From Cyanidioschyzon merolae (lineage: Eukaryota), in assembly GCA_000091205.1 (NCBI GenBank), contig AP006497.2: a stretch of DNA of 64,000 bases. One strand, written 5' to 3'. Shown in pieces: positions 10,919 through 20,972 of the stretch (within the stretch, counting starts at the first letter, position 1; each line of letters begins with the position of its first letter). The position numbers were made by a program, and so were the translations under genes. The notes under the pieces are model-generated. The model was not told the DNA's origin. It ran no database searches and saw only the letters and a program-made list of their open reading frames with translations.

Positions 10919-12433
10919 TTACGAACGATGGACGAATGGTACCAAAAGCGTGCTTAATCCGACCATGATCGCGCCCGAGGTGAGTACCCGATTATGCTGG
11001 ACTGCGACGGAAGCGTGGCGCCCCAATACTGGGCTCAGTAGAGCAACTGCAATCTCGGGGAAACACTGACTCGCGTTGAAGAGCGTCGCAAATGTACCAG
11101 CAGCGTCTCGTGCATTGCTATTCGCAACGGATGCACCGACAAGGGCCCAGGGAATCGTGATGCTCGTTGCCCACGAGATACCAAGGACAGCCTGCAGGCA
11201 CACCGCGAGTACCACATTCCGAGCGCCAATGGTTGCCAGCGCGAGTAAAACGGTGGCCTGTACCACCAGAGAGAACCCGTACTTCACCTGCATTGGTGAG
11301 AGTCGCCAAACTCGATACTGGATCTGCGGCATGAGCATGGCGTACAAGAATGCGATGATGCTCTGCAGCGCTAGAGCGACATTCGCGTGACGTATTCCCG
11401 CTTCGTAGCGTTCCCTCGCGATGCTCCCCGCGAGGGCATGCGGATCACCACCGAAAACATTGACCCCGAACCAGGAGCTACCGAAAACGAACAACGAGAA
11501 CCATCCGTACCATGTACCGAGTTGTATCAGGAAAACAACCCAAAATGTCGTGGACGCAGTCTTCAGTGCTCTCCGGCAGTGCTGCACAAGGCTCAGCAAC
11601 TGGCTCGCCACTGGCTTTAGCGTCAGTCCAGTCGCGCGCATCATTCCGGGCGATCGAGAGGCGAGTTCGCGGCAGTTATCGCTTTCCGCTTCGTCCATTG
11701 ATTCGGTATCAGGTATCGGTAGGCGTACGTTATCACTTTCGGGTACGGTCCATGGTGTCGTCTGGGCTGGGCAGGAACGGTTGCGTGCTAGCGGCGCGCT
11801 GGCGACCCAACAGACTGCTGCAGTTCCGAGAACAAGCACAGCACCGATAGTGTACAGCGCTTCTGTATCAGTCGAGAATACATGCCGCAAAAATGTGTCT
11901 CTAGTTAATGCCGCACCTGCCATAGCACTGCCAACGAGGTTTCCTATCGCAATGTAGACCGCTATGGCCACATTACCGCGTTCCTGCTCAGCGGCTTCGA
12001 CGTGGTCGAAAATCAAGGCTCTCAAAGGCCCTTGCATGGCATTTATTGAAAAGTCTAAGCACCAGAAAGCGGAAACAGCAACAAAAAGCGGCGTCAAGAA
12101 GCGAGAGCGGCGCGCTATCGGCACCGCGTAGGCGAATGCAAGTAGCGAGGCTGACGTGAGCACCGCACCGACCGCTACAAACGGCCTGCGTTTTCCGTGC
12201 CGACTGGAGCTCCTGTCCGAGAGCAGGCCTACGAGCGGCTGTACAACTAGGCCTGCAATTGGTCCTGCCAACCACGCCAGTGAGACCCAACGTGCAGTCA
12301 TGCCAAGTTCCAGAAGTACCGCCGTCGTCACCCCGACTTGCACCGCCCACGCGTACTGGATGCCTAGCATGGCCGATGTCACCAGGTATAGACGTAGGGT
12401 ACTGAGTTTAGCGGCTTGTTCCTCCATGCTCAA
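10919..12433 (-). CDS. Sucrose/H+ symporter-like MFS transporter (GPH family; plant SUT / animal SLC45 type).
   Basis: N-terminal GIQYAWAVQ...LGM and RRPFV motifs match the SUT/SLC45 signature (G-x-Q-x-G-W-A-L-Q ... RRRPFI). About 12 hydrophobic segments. The first in-frame ATG is at 12425-12427 (the ORF-track start at 12433 is TTG). Confidence 0.75.
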   Translation of the reverse strand: MSMEEQAAKLSTLRLYLVTSAMLGIQYAWAVQVGVTTAVLLELGMTARWVSLAWLAGPIAGLVVQPLVGLLSDRSSSRHGKRRPFVAVGAVLTSASLLAFAYAVPIARRSRFLTPLFVAVSAFWCLDFSINAMQGPLRALIFDHVEAAEQERGNVAIAVYIAIGNLVGSAMAGAALTRDTFLRHVFSTDTEALYTIGAVLVLGTAAVCWVASAPLARNRSCPAQTTPWTVPESDNVRLPIPDTESMDEAESDNCRELASRSPGMMRATGLTLKPVASQLLSLVQHCRRALKTASTTFWVVFLIQLGTWYGWFSLFVFGSSWFGVNVFGGDPHALAGSIARERYEAGIRHANVALALQSIIAFLYAMLMPQIQYRVWRLSPMQVKYGFSLVVQATVLLALATIGARNVVLAVCLQAVLGISWATSITIPWALVGASVANSNARDAAGTFATLFNASQCFPEIAVALLSPVLGRHASVAVQHNRVLTSGAIMVGLSTLLVPFVHRS

Positions 12434-13029
12434 GAATATACGGTTCCTATTGCAATCTAGTCCTAGATGTTGGCACCATAGCCTCTGTGACTCGCGATAG
12501 TCGCGTTGGAGTGCAGCTCCCTACTCCGGCTGCGTTCCGCGAAGCACAATGTTGAGCGGCAAGACGGTGCTGACGCCCGCAGCTGCGGCATGGAGCGCGC
12601 TGCAACAGAGGCGAACTGTGGAGAAAAGAACAGAAACGAAGCTCAAACGACCAACGAAATAGTACGGTCTATCGTCGTCTAGGGTCAACGGTAAGAGCGG
12701 GAAAGCTTTGCTTATCGTCGAAAGTTTACTTTATAGGCGGAAGGTCCCGCGAGTCCGACGAGTCTGCAGGGCACACGCTCTGTGCGACTCTGCAGTGTTT
12801 GTCGGGGTGCTTTAGTGAGAGAGCTACGCAGCTCGTCCGCAACGCGCTTTATCCTGGGACGACGAGCGGGTACGCTGCAACTAGGCATCATGCTGGTCAC
12901 CGGTTTATTCTAGTATGTCGCTTCGCGGTGCCACGGTGAGTACGTTCGTCTGCGCATCTTGCTGGCTCCTTCAACGATGATGGACTCCGATTCCATACTG
13001 AATGAACCACGCATCGAGCCGACGCACTC

Positions 13030-13115
13030 ACTGGTATGGCAAAGCCGTTCTGTCCCTGCGATGCATCCGTACCAGCGCTATAAGCGTTACGGTGGGTACT
13101 CGAGGCACGCTCTCT
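13030..13115. repeat. Fragment of repeat family R, containing the core in inverted orientation plus a short piece in direct orientation.
   Basis: ctggtatggcaaagccgttctgtccctgcgatgcatccgtaccag matches the reverse complement of ...ctgtggtacggcaacgccgttctgtctccgtgatgcaacagtacca.... tactcgaggcacgctctc matches 10313-10330. Confidence 0.6.
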
Positions 13116-14491
13116 GCGAACGATAGAACGTACGGAACGACCAGTACATCAGAAAGGAACTATAAGTTATAGAACCTGGAGACAGGGTGCAACAGCATGA
13201 TGGACGCTTTTTCGATCAACAATATCCACCCATCCGGCAATCTGCGATCCACGGTGAATGGGAATGTTTTGTCAGACCAGAAAAATCGTCCACCGGCACT
13301 GGAACCGGGCGCAGGGGCATATGCTCCGAGCCAGTGTTCAGTTCTCGAAGCGCTTCTGAACACGAACGTGAAGCGTTCTCAATAGAACTCTGGCGTTCAA
13401 ATGAATAGGTTCAATCAACGCAACGTCCGTGCACGACGGATCTTGCACGGCGACTCAGAATGATGACGACACAGGCCCGACGGTTCCTGCGAACCGGGCC
13501 GGGCACGAGCATGAGCACCCCACGTCCGTCGTCACTGAGCCCCGTTTGTTGTAGGGCATCGTATTCCAAGAGCGCCAGCCAAGAACGCTTTGCAGCACCT
13601 CTATCCAACCGGGGTATACCGGAAGCTGCTGCCGCAAACTGGTTGTTATGAATGAGGCACCATGGGGGAACAGGTCTCCGTCATACGCGTTATGGACTGA
13701 CGCGTCGGGTTCAATACGCGACTCGCGCTTCGATCCGAGAGCGCATACTGGCATCGGATAGCAGATGTGGAAGCGATTTGCTTTTTCATTCAGTAGAAAT
13801 GTATCTGTTTACGTGAAACGATGAGAGGAGGCGGCAAGAAGCGATCCAACTGGACATACGTGCCTGGTACCATTTTTGGCACAAATGTCCAACAGATGTC
13901 CTCGCGCAACGCACGCATCCATGGAGACACGTGTACCTTTCCGTGTGATTCTCATTGATTTCGAGATGGTGTTCATGCTTCTCGTTGGAAGCGTTGAATT
14001 CTCGTGTAAGTGATAGCGTGGCTGGCTATGCTTCGGCGTTTCAACCAGCCAGTAGTTATGGTTTAGCTTTCGTGCGCAGGTTCTAGCGGCGATCTCTGCA
14101 CATCGGAAAGCTCTGCGCTCCTCCAGCGAGAACCATGTACGGATTCAAGTCGCACTGTCTCGAGTCGGAACGCATGTTTCGTTACAGCAGGCGACGCAGG
14201 GCCAGGCCTAGCTCTCGCGGTTGCTTTGGTTGCGATATACATAGCGAGAAGTGCGCTGGTGTGTCGGTAAGTCTAAACCAGTAGGGGCTCTATCCGCGAA
14301 CGCATCTTTTCTTGGAGCATGCGTCGACCAGCGCATACTTACCGGAGAAGCGCGCGGGTCTTCTCGCGGCCCGTACTCGCACCCATCAGGTCGAAATCGT
14401 GTTACTGGGGCAGGATTCTGCGCCTGCGCAGCACCGTACAGATCCGGTGTTCTGAGTTCCCTCGTCAGGCTCTATGCGGTGCATACGGATG

Positions 14492-17485
14492 CTATGCTGC
14501 AGCGTTTGCAGTCGGTGCCTGCGGTGTCCCAGTGCCCGTCACAGACGCCGAATCCACATTCTGGTCGGTTTCAGCGCGCGTATCGCGCAACAGTGCCCGG
14601 TACAGGCGCCAGAGCGGATACCACCAGTCTGATTCGTCTGGGCTGGAGATATCAACGCCACGAGCTTCCAGGCGACTATACAAACGGGTTGCCGCTCCGA
14701 CACAAACCTCCGGTTTCAGACGGCTCGTGAGAGCCATCCCGGCAGCTTCGGCGAGCGCTGGATTCGCTGGAATATCAGCACGGAAGCCGAGCGCCGCGTC
14801 GATGACGGCATCAAGCAATGCCTCCACACCGTCGCCGGATGTAGCGAAAGCGTATCGAGCGGACAATGCGCTTGCCACCCGGCGAGCGCCATCGTGGCCG
14901 TCTACATCAAACGACATCTGGAGCGCAGCGAGCTCCACCGCAACCCGCTGGCTCAGCGTGCGACGCTCGCGGATGCGCTGATGCACCCAGCGTGCCGCGA
15001 CCGCGAGAATGTCGTTGCCAGTCGACCGGGGCTGGAGGAAAAGGAGAGGAATGGCTTCCATGGCCACTGAGGCTGGTCCAATTAGGATGCGTTGGCAAAG
15101 CGCAAGCACGGCATTATCGCAGACAGCGCGTGCGCGAAGCAGATCCCGGAACAGGTCGCGAACACTGATGCTGAGTGTCTCTTCGGTTTCCATGCCGAAT
15201 GCCCAGCCGCGCCCGAACGCGATGCTCCACAGTGAAAGCAGCACTTCGAGGCCGGTCGTCACGATTTGGGCGTCCTCGTCATGCTGCGCAACATGCCATA
15301 TTGATCGAAACGCTAGATCCCAATGCTCATATGCCGATTGCGGTTCATTGTCAGCGGAGGCGTCGTTTGAATAGCTCGCATGCCACAATACATCGAGAAA
15401 AAGAATTCGACAAACGAGCGACGCCACGGTGGCGGGAATTTTCGCTGACCCAGCTTGGCGCTGGGCCAAGACGATGTAGAGGACCCGTCGCAGGCCATCC
15501 ATCGAAGCGGAGTCTTTCGGCGATATCCACTCGAGCGCGGCGAGCAACTGGTTGCAGCGAGTTTCTGTGCACACGTCTAAAGTGTGCATGCAGCATGTAC
15601 TGAGGAGTTCCTGCAACCGGATAGGGATGCTGTCGCTGTCGTTTTCCGTCCTGTTCTCGAGCGCGTAGAGCGCCCGAACGATCGCCCGCATCGCTTCTAG
15701 GCTCTGGGCATGACGGTGGAACGCGTCCATAAGGAGCGGCTCGATGACCTCTTCATGAGCGTGGAAAGCGTCACTGCAGAGCCGAACAAGCTGTGCGAGG
15801 GCGGCAACAAGCGCCGGATCTGACTGGAACCTGCGCATGAGGCGCGGAAGCGCTTCGCGACATGCTGCAATCAGGAGCGTGCTTGCGACAGCAGGCTGGA
15901 AGGTCCCCTCTGGATTCGTTGAACACCGCGCGCTGGACTCTTCCAGGCACTGGACGCGCTCCGCCACAGCGACCCAGAGACGAATCAGCGCCAGCCGGTC
16001 AGCATCGGTCAACGGCTCCGACCCATCATCTGGTTCTCCTTCCTCCAGTAGTTCCACGTATGCGTTCCAGGTGCAGAGCGCCGTGATGGCTGCATCGTGC
16101 CAGAGCGCCTCACAGACTCGTGTGTAGGAGTTTTGATTTGCCGTCAAGATTAGAAAAACGATTTCTCGTAGCATCGCTTTGGGGGCATGTTCTACCCCGA
16201 ATCGCTGAATATAGGCGCTATTGGCGAGCTCTATGTAGGTGATGGAGAGAGCGCCAGCAGCAGCTCGGACGGGTGCTCTCGGATCCTCGGTAATGAGGTC
16301 TAGTACGCCTTCGAGCTCGGCCTTGCCCAGCCAGTCCGCAGGGAGCAGCGTCTGTGCGAGTCGAATGGCTTGAATTGCAATCTGCTCCTCGCGGTCGCGA
16401 GTCATTTCTACGAGTCGCACACGAAAACGTTGCAAAAACGCCTGCATCGGTACCACATAATTCGGATTGGATACGAGCTGTAAGATAGCATCCAAGGCAG
16501 CGTGCCGAACCTTGCTGTCCTTGTCGTAAATCATCCATCCGAGATACTTGAGAAAGCGATCTTCAAGAAATCGAGCAGGAGCGGAGCGAATCCAGCGGCC
16601 CAGGGCGCTAATGCAATGGAAGCGGATGTCAGCGAAAACGTCACGGTAGCGCTTTGCAAATACCGTCTGAACAAGGTGCTTCACCAGATCCTGCGTGTCA
16701 CTGGTTTGGAGCCGGATTTTCTCGAGTGCTGATCGATTCCGCACGACATTCCGTTGCACGGCAGCAGCCTGATCCTGTAGCGCTCGTTCTACAGCGAGCA
16801 ACCCGTCCACCGTATGGAGCGCTGCAACGACCGCGGCGAGCCGCACCGCTCGCAGACGACTCTCTGTCAGGTAGGCCAGCCATGAGACCCAGGCATCGAT
16901 CAAATCGGAGTCCATCCAGACGGACTCTGGGCAAGTCTGCACAAGCTGCTGGAAACAGGTCTCATATTTTTGCGTAAAGCGACGAGCATCCCGCGTTGTT
17001 GCACTTAGCGGTGGGATGAGAGCTGCACGTCCGAGTTCGCTCTCCGAAATGCGCGGCAAGATCGCCGTACTAAGGGCATCCACGAGTACTTTGGCGTTCT
17101 CGGGGGTAGCTACCCGATCGGGGCCCTCGATGACGCTATCGGCCAACAGTTGAAGAATCTCCGAGCGGCAGCTTGGCTCTTCGGCAAGCGTCACTGGATG
17201 CGCGGCGAGCACAACCAACTCTAACAGTTCGCAAATCGTCCACTTGAAATCCGTACTCGCTCTGCTCCAGAACTCACTCAGTGGCCGACTCAAGTCCGCG
17301 GAACGGAGTCTCAACGCATCGTAGAGGAAACCGCCGCCCGAGTGCACCTGATGGGTGAATGAAGCAGAGCGCGGGCTGCACGGGCTTGTTGTCAGGTCCG
17401 GGACGCGCGTCTGCTCAATAGGTTCTTCATCAGTACGAAGTTGGTGTACCGGATCGACGAGAGCAGCCTCCATCCGTTTCAACAA
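14492..17485 (-). CDS. SCC3: Cohesin subunit SCC3/SA (STAG family), carrying the stromalin conservative domain.
   Basis: ...FAKRYRDVFADIRFHCISALGRWIRSAPARFLEDRFLKYLGWMIYDKDSKVRHAALDAILQLV... matches the STAG SCD block (F-x-RYRD-x-IR-x-C-x-LG-x-W...YLKY-GW-L-D-VR). The rest is helical HEAT/ARM-like sequence. The first ATG is at 17471-17473 (the track start is TTG). Confidence 0.75.
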   Translation of the reverse strand: MLKRMEAALVDPVHQLRTDEEPIEQTRVPDLTTSPCSPRSASFTHQVHSGGGFLYDALRLRSADLSRPLSEFWSRASTDFKWTICELLELVVLAAHPVTLAEEPSCRSEILQLLADSVIEGPDRVATPENAKVLVDALSTAILPRISESELGRAALIPPLSATTRDARRFTQKYETCFQQLVQTCPESVWMDSDLIDAWVSWLAYLTESRLRAVRLAAVVAALHTVDGLLAVERALQDQAAAVQRNVVRNRSALEKIRLQTSDTQDLVKHLVQTVFAKRYRDVFADIRFHCISALGRWIRSAPARFLEDRFLKYLGWMIYDKDSKVRHAALDAILQLVSNPNYVVPMQAFLQRFRVRLVEMTRDREEQIAIQAIRLAQTLLPADWLGKAELEGVLDLITEDPRAPVRAAAGALSITYIELANSAYIQRFGVEHAPKAMLREIVFLILTANQNSYTRVCEALWHDAAITALCTWNAYVELLEEGEPDDGSEPLTDADRLALIRLWVAVAERVQCLEESSARCSTNPEGTFQPAVASTLLIAACREALPRLMRRFQSDPALVAALAQLVRLCSDAFHAHEEVIEPLLMDAFHRHAQSLEAMRAIVRALYALENRTENDSDSIPIRLQELLSTCCMHTLDVCTETRCNQLLAALEWISPKDSASMDGLRRVLYIVLAQRQAGSAKIPATVASLVCRILFLDVLWHASYSNDASADNEPQSAYEHWDLAFRSIWHVAQHDEDAQIVTTGLEVLLSLWSIAFGRGWAFGMETEETLSISVRDLFRDLLRARAVCDNAVLALCQRILIGPASVAMEAIPLLFLQPRSTGNDILAVAARWVHQRIRERRTLSQRVAVELAALQMSFDVDGHDGARRVASALSARYAFATSGDGVEALLDAVIDAALGFRADIPANPALAEAAGMALTSRLKPEVCVGAATRLYSRLEARGVDISSPDESDWWYPLWRLYRALLRDTRAETDQNVDSASVTGTGTPQAPTANAAA

Positions 17486-18266
17486 GCTCCCAGAAACGGA
17501 GTTATGCTTGCCAAGGAAACCCCGAAAGTCGCAGGCACTGCGGGACGTCTAGAGTTCCAGGAATCAACCGCGCGTTCAACGACTTGTTCTTCTCAAAGTA
17601 GATTGCTTGCGTATACAAGTGTGCTGCCGCACCGTTTCTGTTCGAGAAGCAAAGTCGCGTCCACAACACGCCTCTATGTACGGCCAGTGAGCACCGTTCG
17701 AACAGGAGGCGCGCAACCTCGTTGCTGTGAAACGCAAGGCAGTACCGAGGCGCTCGATCCTCAAGTCACATTGGCGCCAAATTCGTAGCGGGCAGCATCA
17801 GGATCGTTTTGTTCAGAATTCCGCGTTGATGGATCGATGTTGCTTCGTGAACGCTGTGGAATCTCCGAGTGTCCATACTTTCTCATTCGATTCTTTATGT
17901 ACGTTTCGCGACCTCCGGACCAGTACCGGCCGTGGAATGCCTGGGACTCCGGGTGCGTGCATGGATGCTGTGTCCATGAGCGGCGGGATGACCGCGTGTC
18001 ATCTAGGCTGCATGGGCATCTCACGATCTGGGCAATGGTGTGCGTTTTTCGCTGTCTGCAGCACATGACCCCCTTTGGCGACCACGTTCTGTTCGGGCAA
18101 ACTGCTCGCCGCAACGCAAGGCCATCGCGTGCGCCACGTGCGTTCTCTGGCGGAGAGCTCACTAGCAACGGGTGCTTTGCATGAACAGACTGTTTCGTTG
18201 GGCACTCGAATGCGAATCCAGCCGCTCTTGCGCGATGGATGAAAGCAGAGGCGTCCGACGATGTCT

Positions 18267-18593
18267 GCGTGCGCTCGTTGCCGGATTGCTTTTCTTTTTC
18301 ACTGACGAAACGTTTCCATAGGCCAGCGTTCTCCGATTATGCGCATTTTTCTTTTCTTACTTTTTTTTGTGTTTTTTTCAGTGCGCGGTGAGGTATCCAT
18401 CAAACGCCCTGCCTCCAAGTCACATTACCTATACTTCATCTCGGATATTCTGGTCGTTTCATACGCCCTATCGTGTGTGCCAAGTACCTGCCGAAAGCGA
18501 CAGCAATAGCGCCTACAGCGTCGGTGCGATCGCTGCACGGAGACAGAACGGCGTTGCCGTACCACAACGGGCGTGCGCTCGTTGCCGGATTGC
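18267..18593 (+). repeat. Dispersed repeat family R, copy 2, bounded by a 23-bp terminal direct repeat.
   Basis: gcgtgcgctcgttgccggattgc occurs at 18267-18289 and again at 18571-18593 (304 bp apart), flanking the element. The internal sequence is homologous to 10020-10318. Confidence 0.8.
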
Positions 18594-19346
18594 ATGCCGA
18601 TGCCGTTCGTCGCCGAACACGGCAACAGAAGCCGCAGCGAGATCGGAACAAAGCTGCTGTGGGAGCGTTAGCGGAGGCGTACCCGTCTCAAAAGTTTTGA
18701 CATCAGTGGTTTCACGACTGCTCACCCGGAAGAAGCAACTTCCAATTGGTCCGAAAGCTTTTTCGGTACGAATGCTTCCTTTGCTTTGCGGGACGGATCG
18801 AGTTAAATATCAAAGCATGTTTTTGTTCTGATCACGAGGCGGGAGTGTCTGACAAGAGGTACCTGCTTGAGTCGTCTTGCAGCGTGCTTGGAATCGTCCA
18901 AATCTTCACCTATACTCGGTAAGAATCATCGTCGTCACTTGCTTGCCGTAAAACTTGACACAAAACAGGGGTTTCGCTGGCGTCCACAACGGTGCTCCTT
19001 CTCCTGCCGTGGCATCAGAAACGGCGATTATCGCAACCAGTTCCATGCTGCTGGCCGAAGCCCCAAACTGAGCCACTCGGTCGCGAGACGCGAAGCCTCA
19101 GTAGTGGCATCCTGGTTCCACGCTCGGTGGAGTGCTGTCTGGGAGCGCCCTGCACAAGGGAAAGACGCCCAGCGCAGCTCGGATGCAGCCAAACCGTTAA
19201 TGCGTCGACCTCCGAGTGCTTACAGTCTCTAGATGAGGCTCGGTGGAGCGCGGGGCATTCTAAACCCGTGACCCACTCCAGCGTTCCTGTTGTCAGCGGT
19301 GATGGTGAACGCTTCCGATGTCGAGTGCTTCAAAGCACAGCTATAT

Positions 19347-20177
19347 TTATGGAGGAAAGCGAAGTATTGGCGGTTCAAGTCTAGCAAGACCTGAACCCGA
19401 CCGTCCGGGTGACAGGTGCGCCTTTTCAGTCACCGGCAAGTGATCCTCCTCCGGGAAAGGCTCCTCGTCAAATGGCATGAGAAGTGGTGTTTTCTCGCGC
19501 GGCAGACCGCTTGGAGATAGCGAGCACAGCATCCCATGGACCAGGCGGTGCTCTCTACTTGGATCCAGATCTATATCCTGTTCGGCGAACGAAACAAGCG
19601 GCTCGTAGAAGAGCGGATCCGTTTCTGGCACGGAGATGGCATTCGGAACGATCTCTGGTTCCGGAATACCGTCGTCGTGATCCAGTAGCCTCGCATCCAG
19701 AGCCACGACATCCGGTGAAGCGAGTTGCGCATCCAGGTGCCTCCGCGAGGCATCGCTGGCAAACTGCGAAAGCGGTTCATAGAAAGCTACCTCCGCAGCA
19801 CCGGGCGGCGGTTGCGTGGCGAGACCCCAGGATGTCCTGCTCGTCGGCGTCGCCTTTCGACCAGTTTCTGGAGACTTTTCACGCGCTCTCCGGCCTCGCG
19901 GTGTCCGGTGCACATAGTGCTTCTTCTGCTGAACTTGCCCATCGATTCGTGGAATATTCGCAGCGTCACCCAGGGGTCGACGCCGCGCTCTGACCTCCGA
20001 GGCTGCCGCTACGTTCTGCCCGAGCTTGCTGGTCGCTACCTGTTGCCAGTTTTCTTTTTCCGTCGCCTCTCTTTCTCGAGAAAGGTGTGTGTCACTATCA
20101 GAACTCCAAACTGCAGCGCTTGCTGGTCGTTCCCTCATGCGCGCAGTCTTCCCCGTACCCTGAACACACACACACAC
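19347..20177 (-). CDS. Hypothetical low-complexity ORF, 276 aa; coding status doubtful.
   Basis: The ORF begins inside an (AC)n microsatellite and is overlapped by a + strand ORF (19484-19993). No motifs. Confidence 0.2.
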   Translation of the reverse strand: MCVCVQGTGKTARMRERPASAAVWSSDSDTHLSREREATEKENWQQVATSKLGQNVAAASEVRARRRPLGDAANIPRIDGQVQQKKHYVHRTPRGRRAREKSPETGRKATPTSRTSWGLATQPPPGAAEVAFYEPLSQFASDASRRHLDAQLASPDVVALDARLLDHDDGIPEPEIVPNAISVPETDPLFYEPLVSFAEQDIDLDPSREHRLVHGMLCSLSPSGLPREKTPLLMPFDEEPFPEEDHLPVTEKAHLSPGRSGSGLARLEPPILRFPP

Positions 20178-20182
20178 ACACG
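20164..20182. repeat. (AC)9 dinucleotide microsatellite.
   Basis: acacacacacacacacac. Confidence 0.95.
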
Positions 20183-20350
20183 CAAGTCACCACTGCTTCA
20201 GGTGACTACTTGACGCAGTCGCAGTTCCAAGAGCGCTGCCCACAAGGATGCGGCCCGTAAAACGCCGCGCGATACACGAGCAGGCGTCTCGTGCTCGGCC
20301 GCCGCGTCACCACCGAGCGCTCGCTGCAGAATACAGGGCTCCTGGATCTG

Positions 20351-20391
20351 CCGCTGCGGCTGCTGCGGCTGCTGCGGCTGCGGCTGCGGCC
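20351..20391. repeat. (GCTGCG)n hexanucleotide microsatellite.
   Basis: ccgctgcggctgctgcggctgctgcggctgcggctgcggcc. Confidence 0.9.
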
Positions 20392-20972
20392 GTCCGTTTC
20401 AGCATTCCGCCACCGTTACGAATGATCGCGATGCCGCGCTGGCATTCGTGGCGATTTGAATTTGGAAAGCACGGGACCAAGATAGTACAATAATGAATTA
20501 TAAGGTACAGTTATATACCTGTTCAAGGTGAGCGCTTGCGATCGGACAGTATCCAGGCGGCAGCCATGTGTGCGTCCACGAAACGGTCGCCGCAAGCAAG
20601 CTGCAAACACTTTGCTGTGCCTAACTTGCCGCAGTTCCGCGTTGTGCGACGACGTCTTGCGATAGACTAGTGCTTCATCAGGCTGCACTAGGTCTTGCAG
20701 TTGGCGAACAAGCAAACGAAGCGCTGCTTTCCAGAACGAACAATACTACATTGCAAGTCGACTCCTGGTGTGGAACGGCTCGGAGCGGACGCTCGAGTCG
20801 CGGGCGGCCTTAGTGTGTTGGAGTGCAGGTCCGAGTTGCTGCGCATAGCACTGACCGAACGTACTTACGTATTGCGCATCGGTTCAGCGGGAATCTCTTG
20901 GTGGTCGCACTGCACTCGAGCCGCTTCTCACAACCGTTAGCGCACCTGCTTTGACGCACAGAGTCTGCGCAG

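Noticed and set aside
13875-13885. accatttttgg read as an snRNA Sm-binding site.
   Set aside because: It sits inside a hairpin loop rather than between stems. No other snRNA-defining sequences (U1 5' end, U2 branch-site box, U5 loop, U6 ACAGAGA) are nearby.
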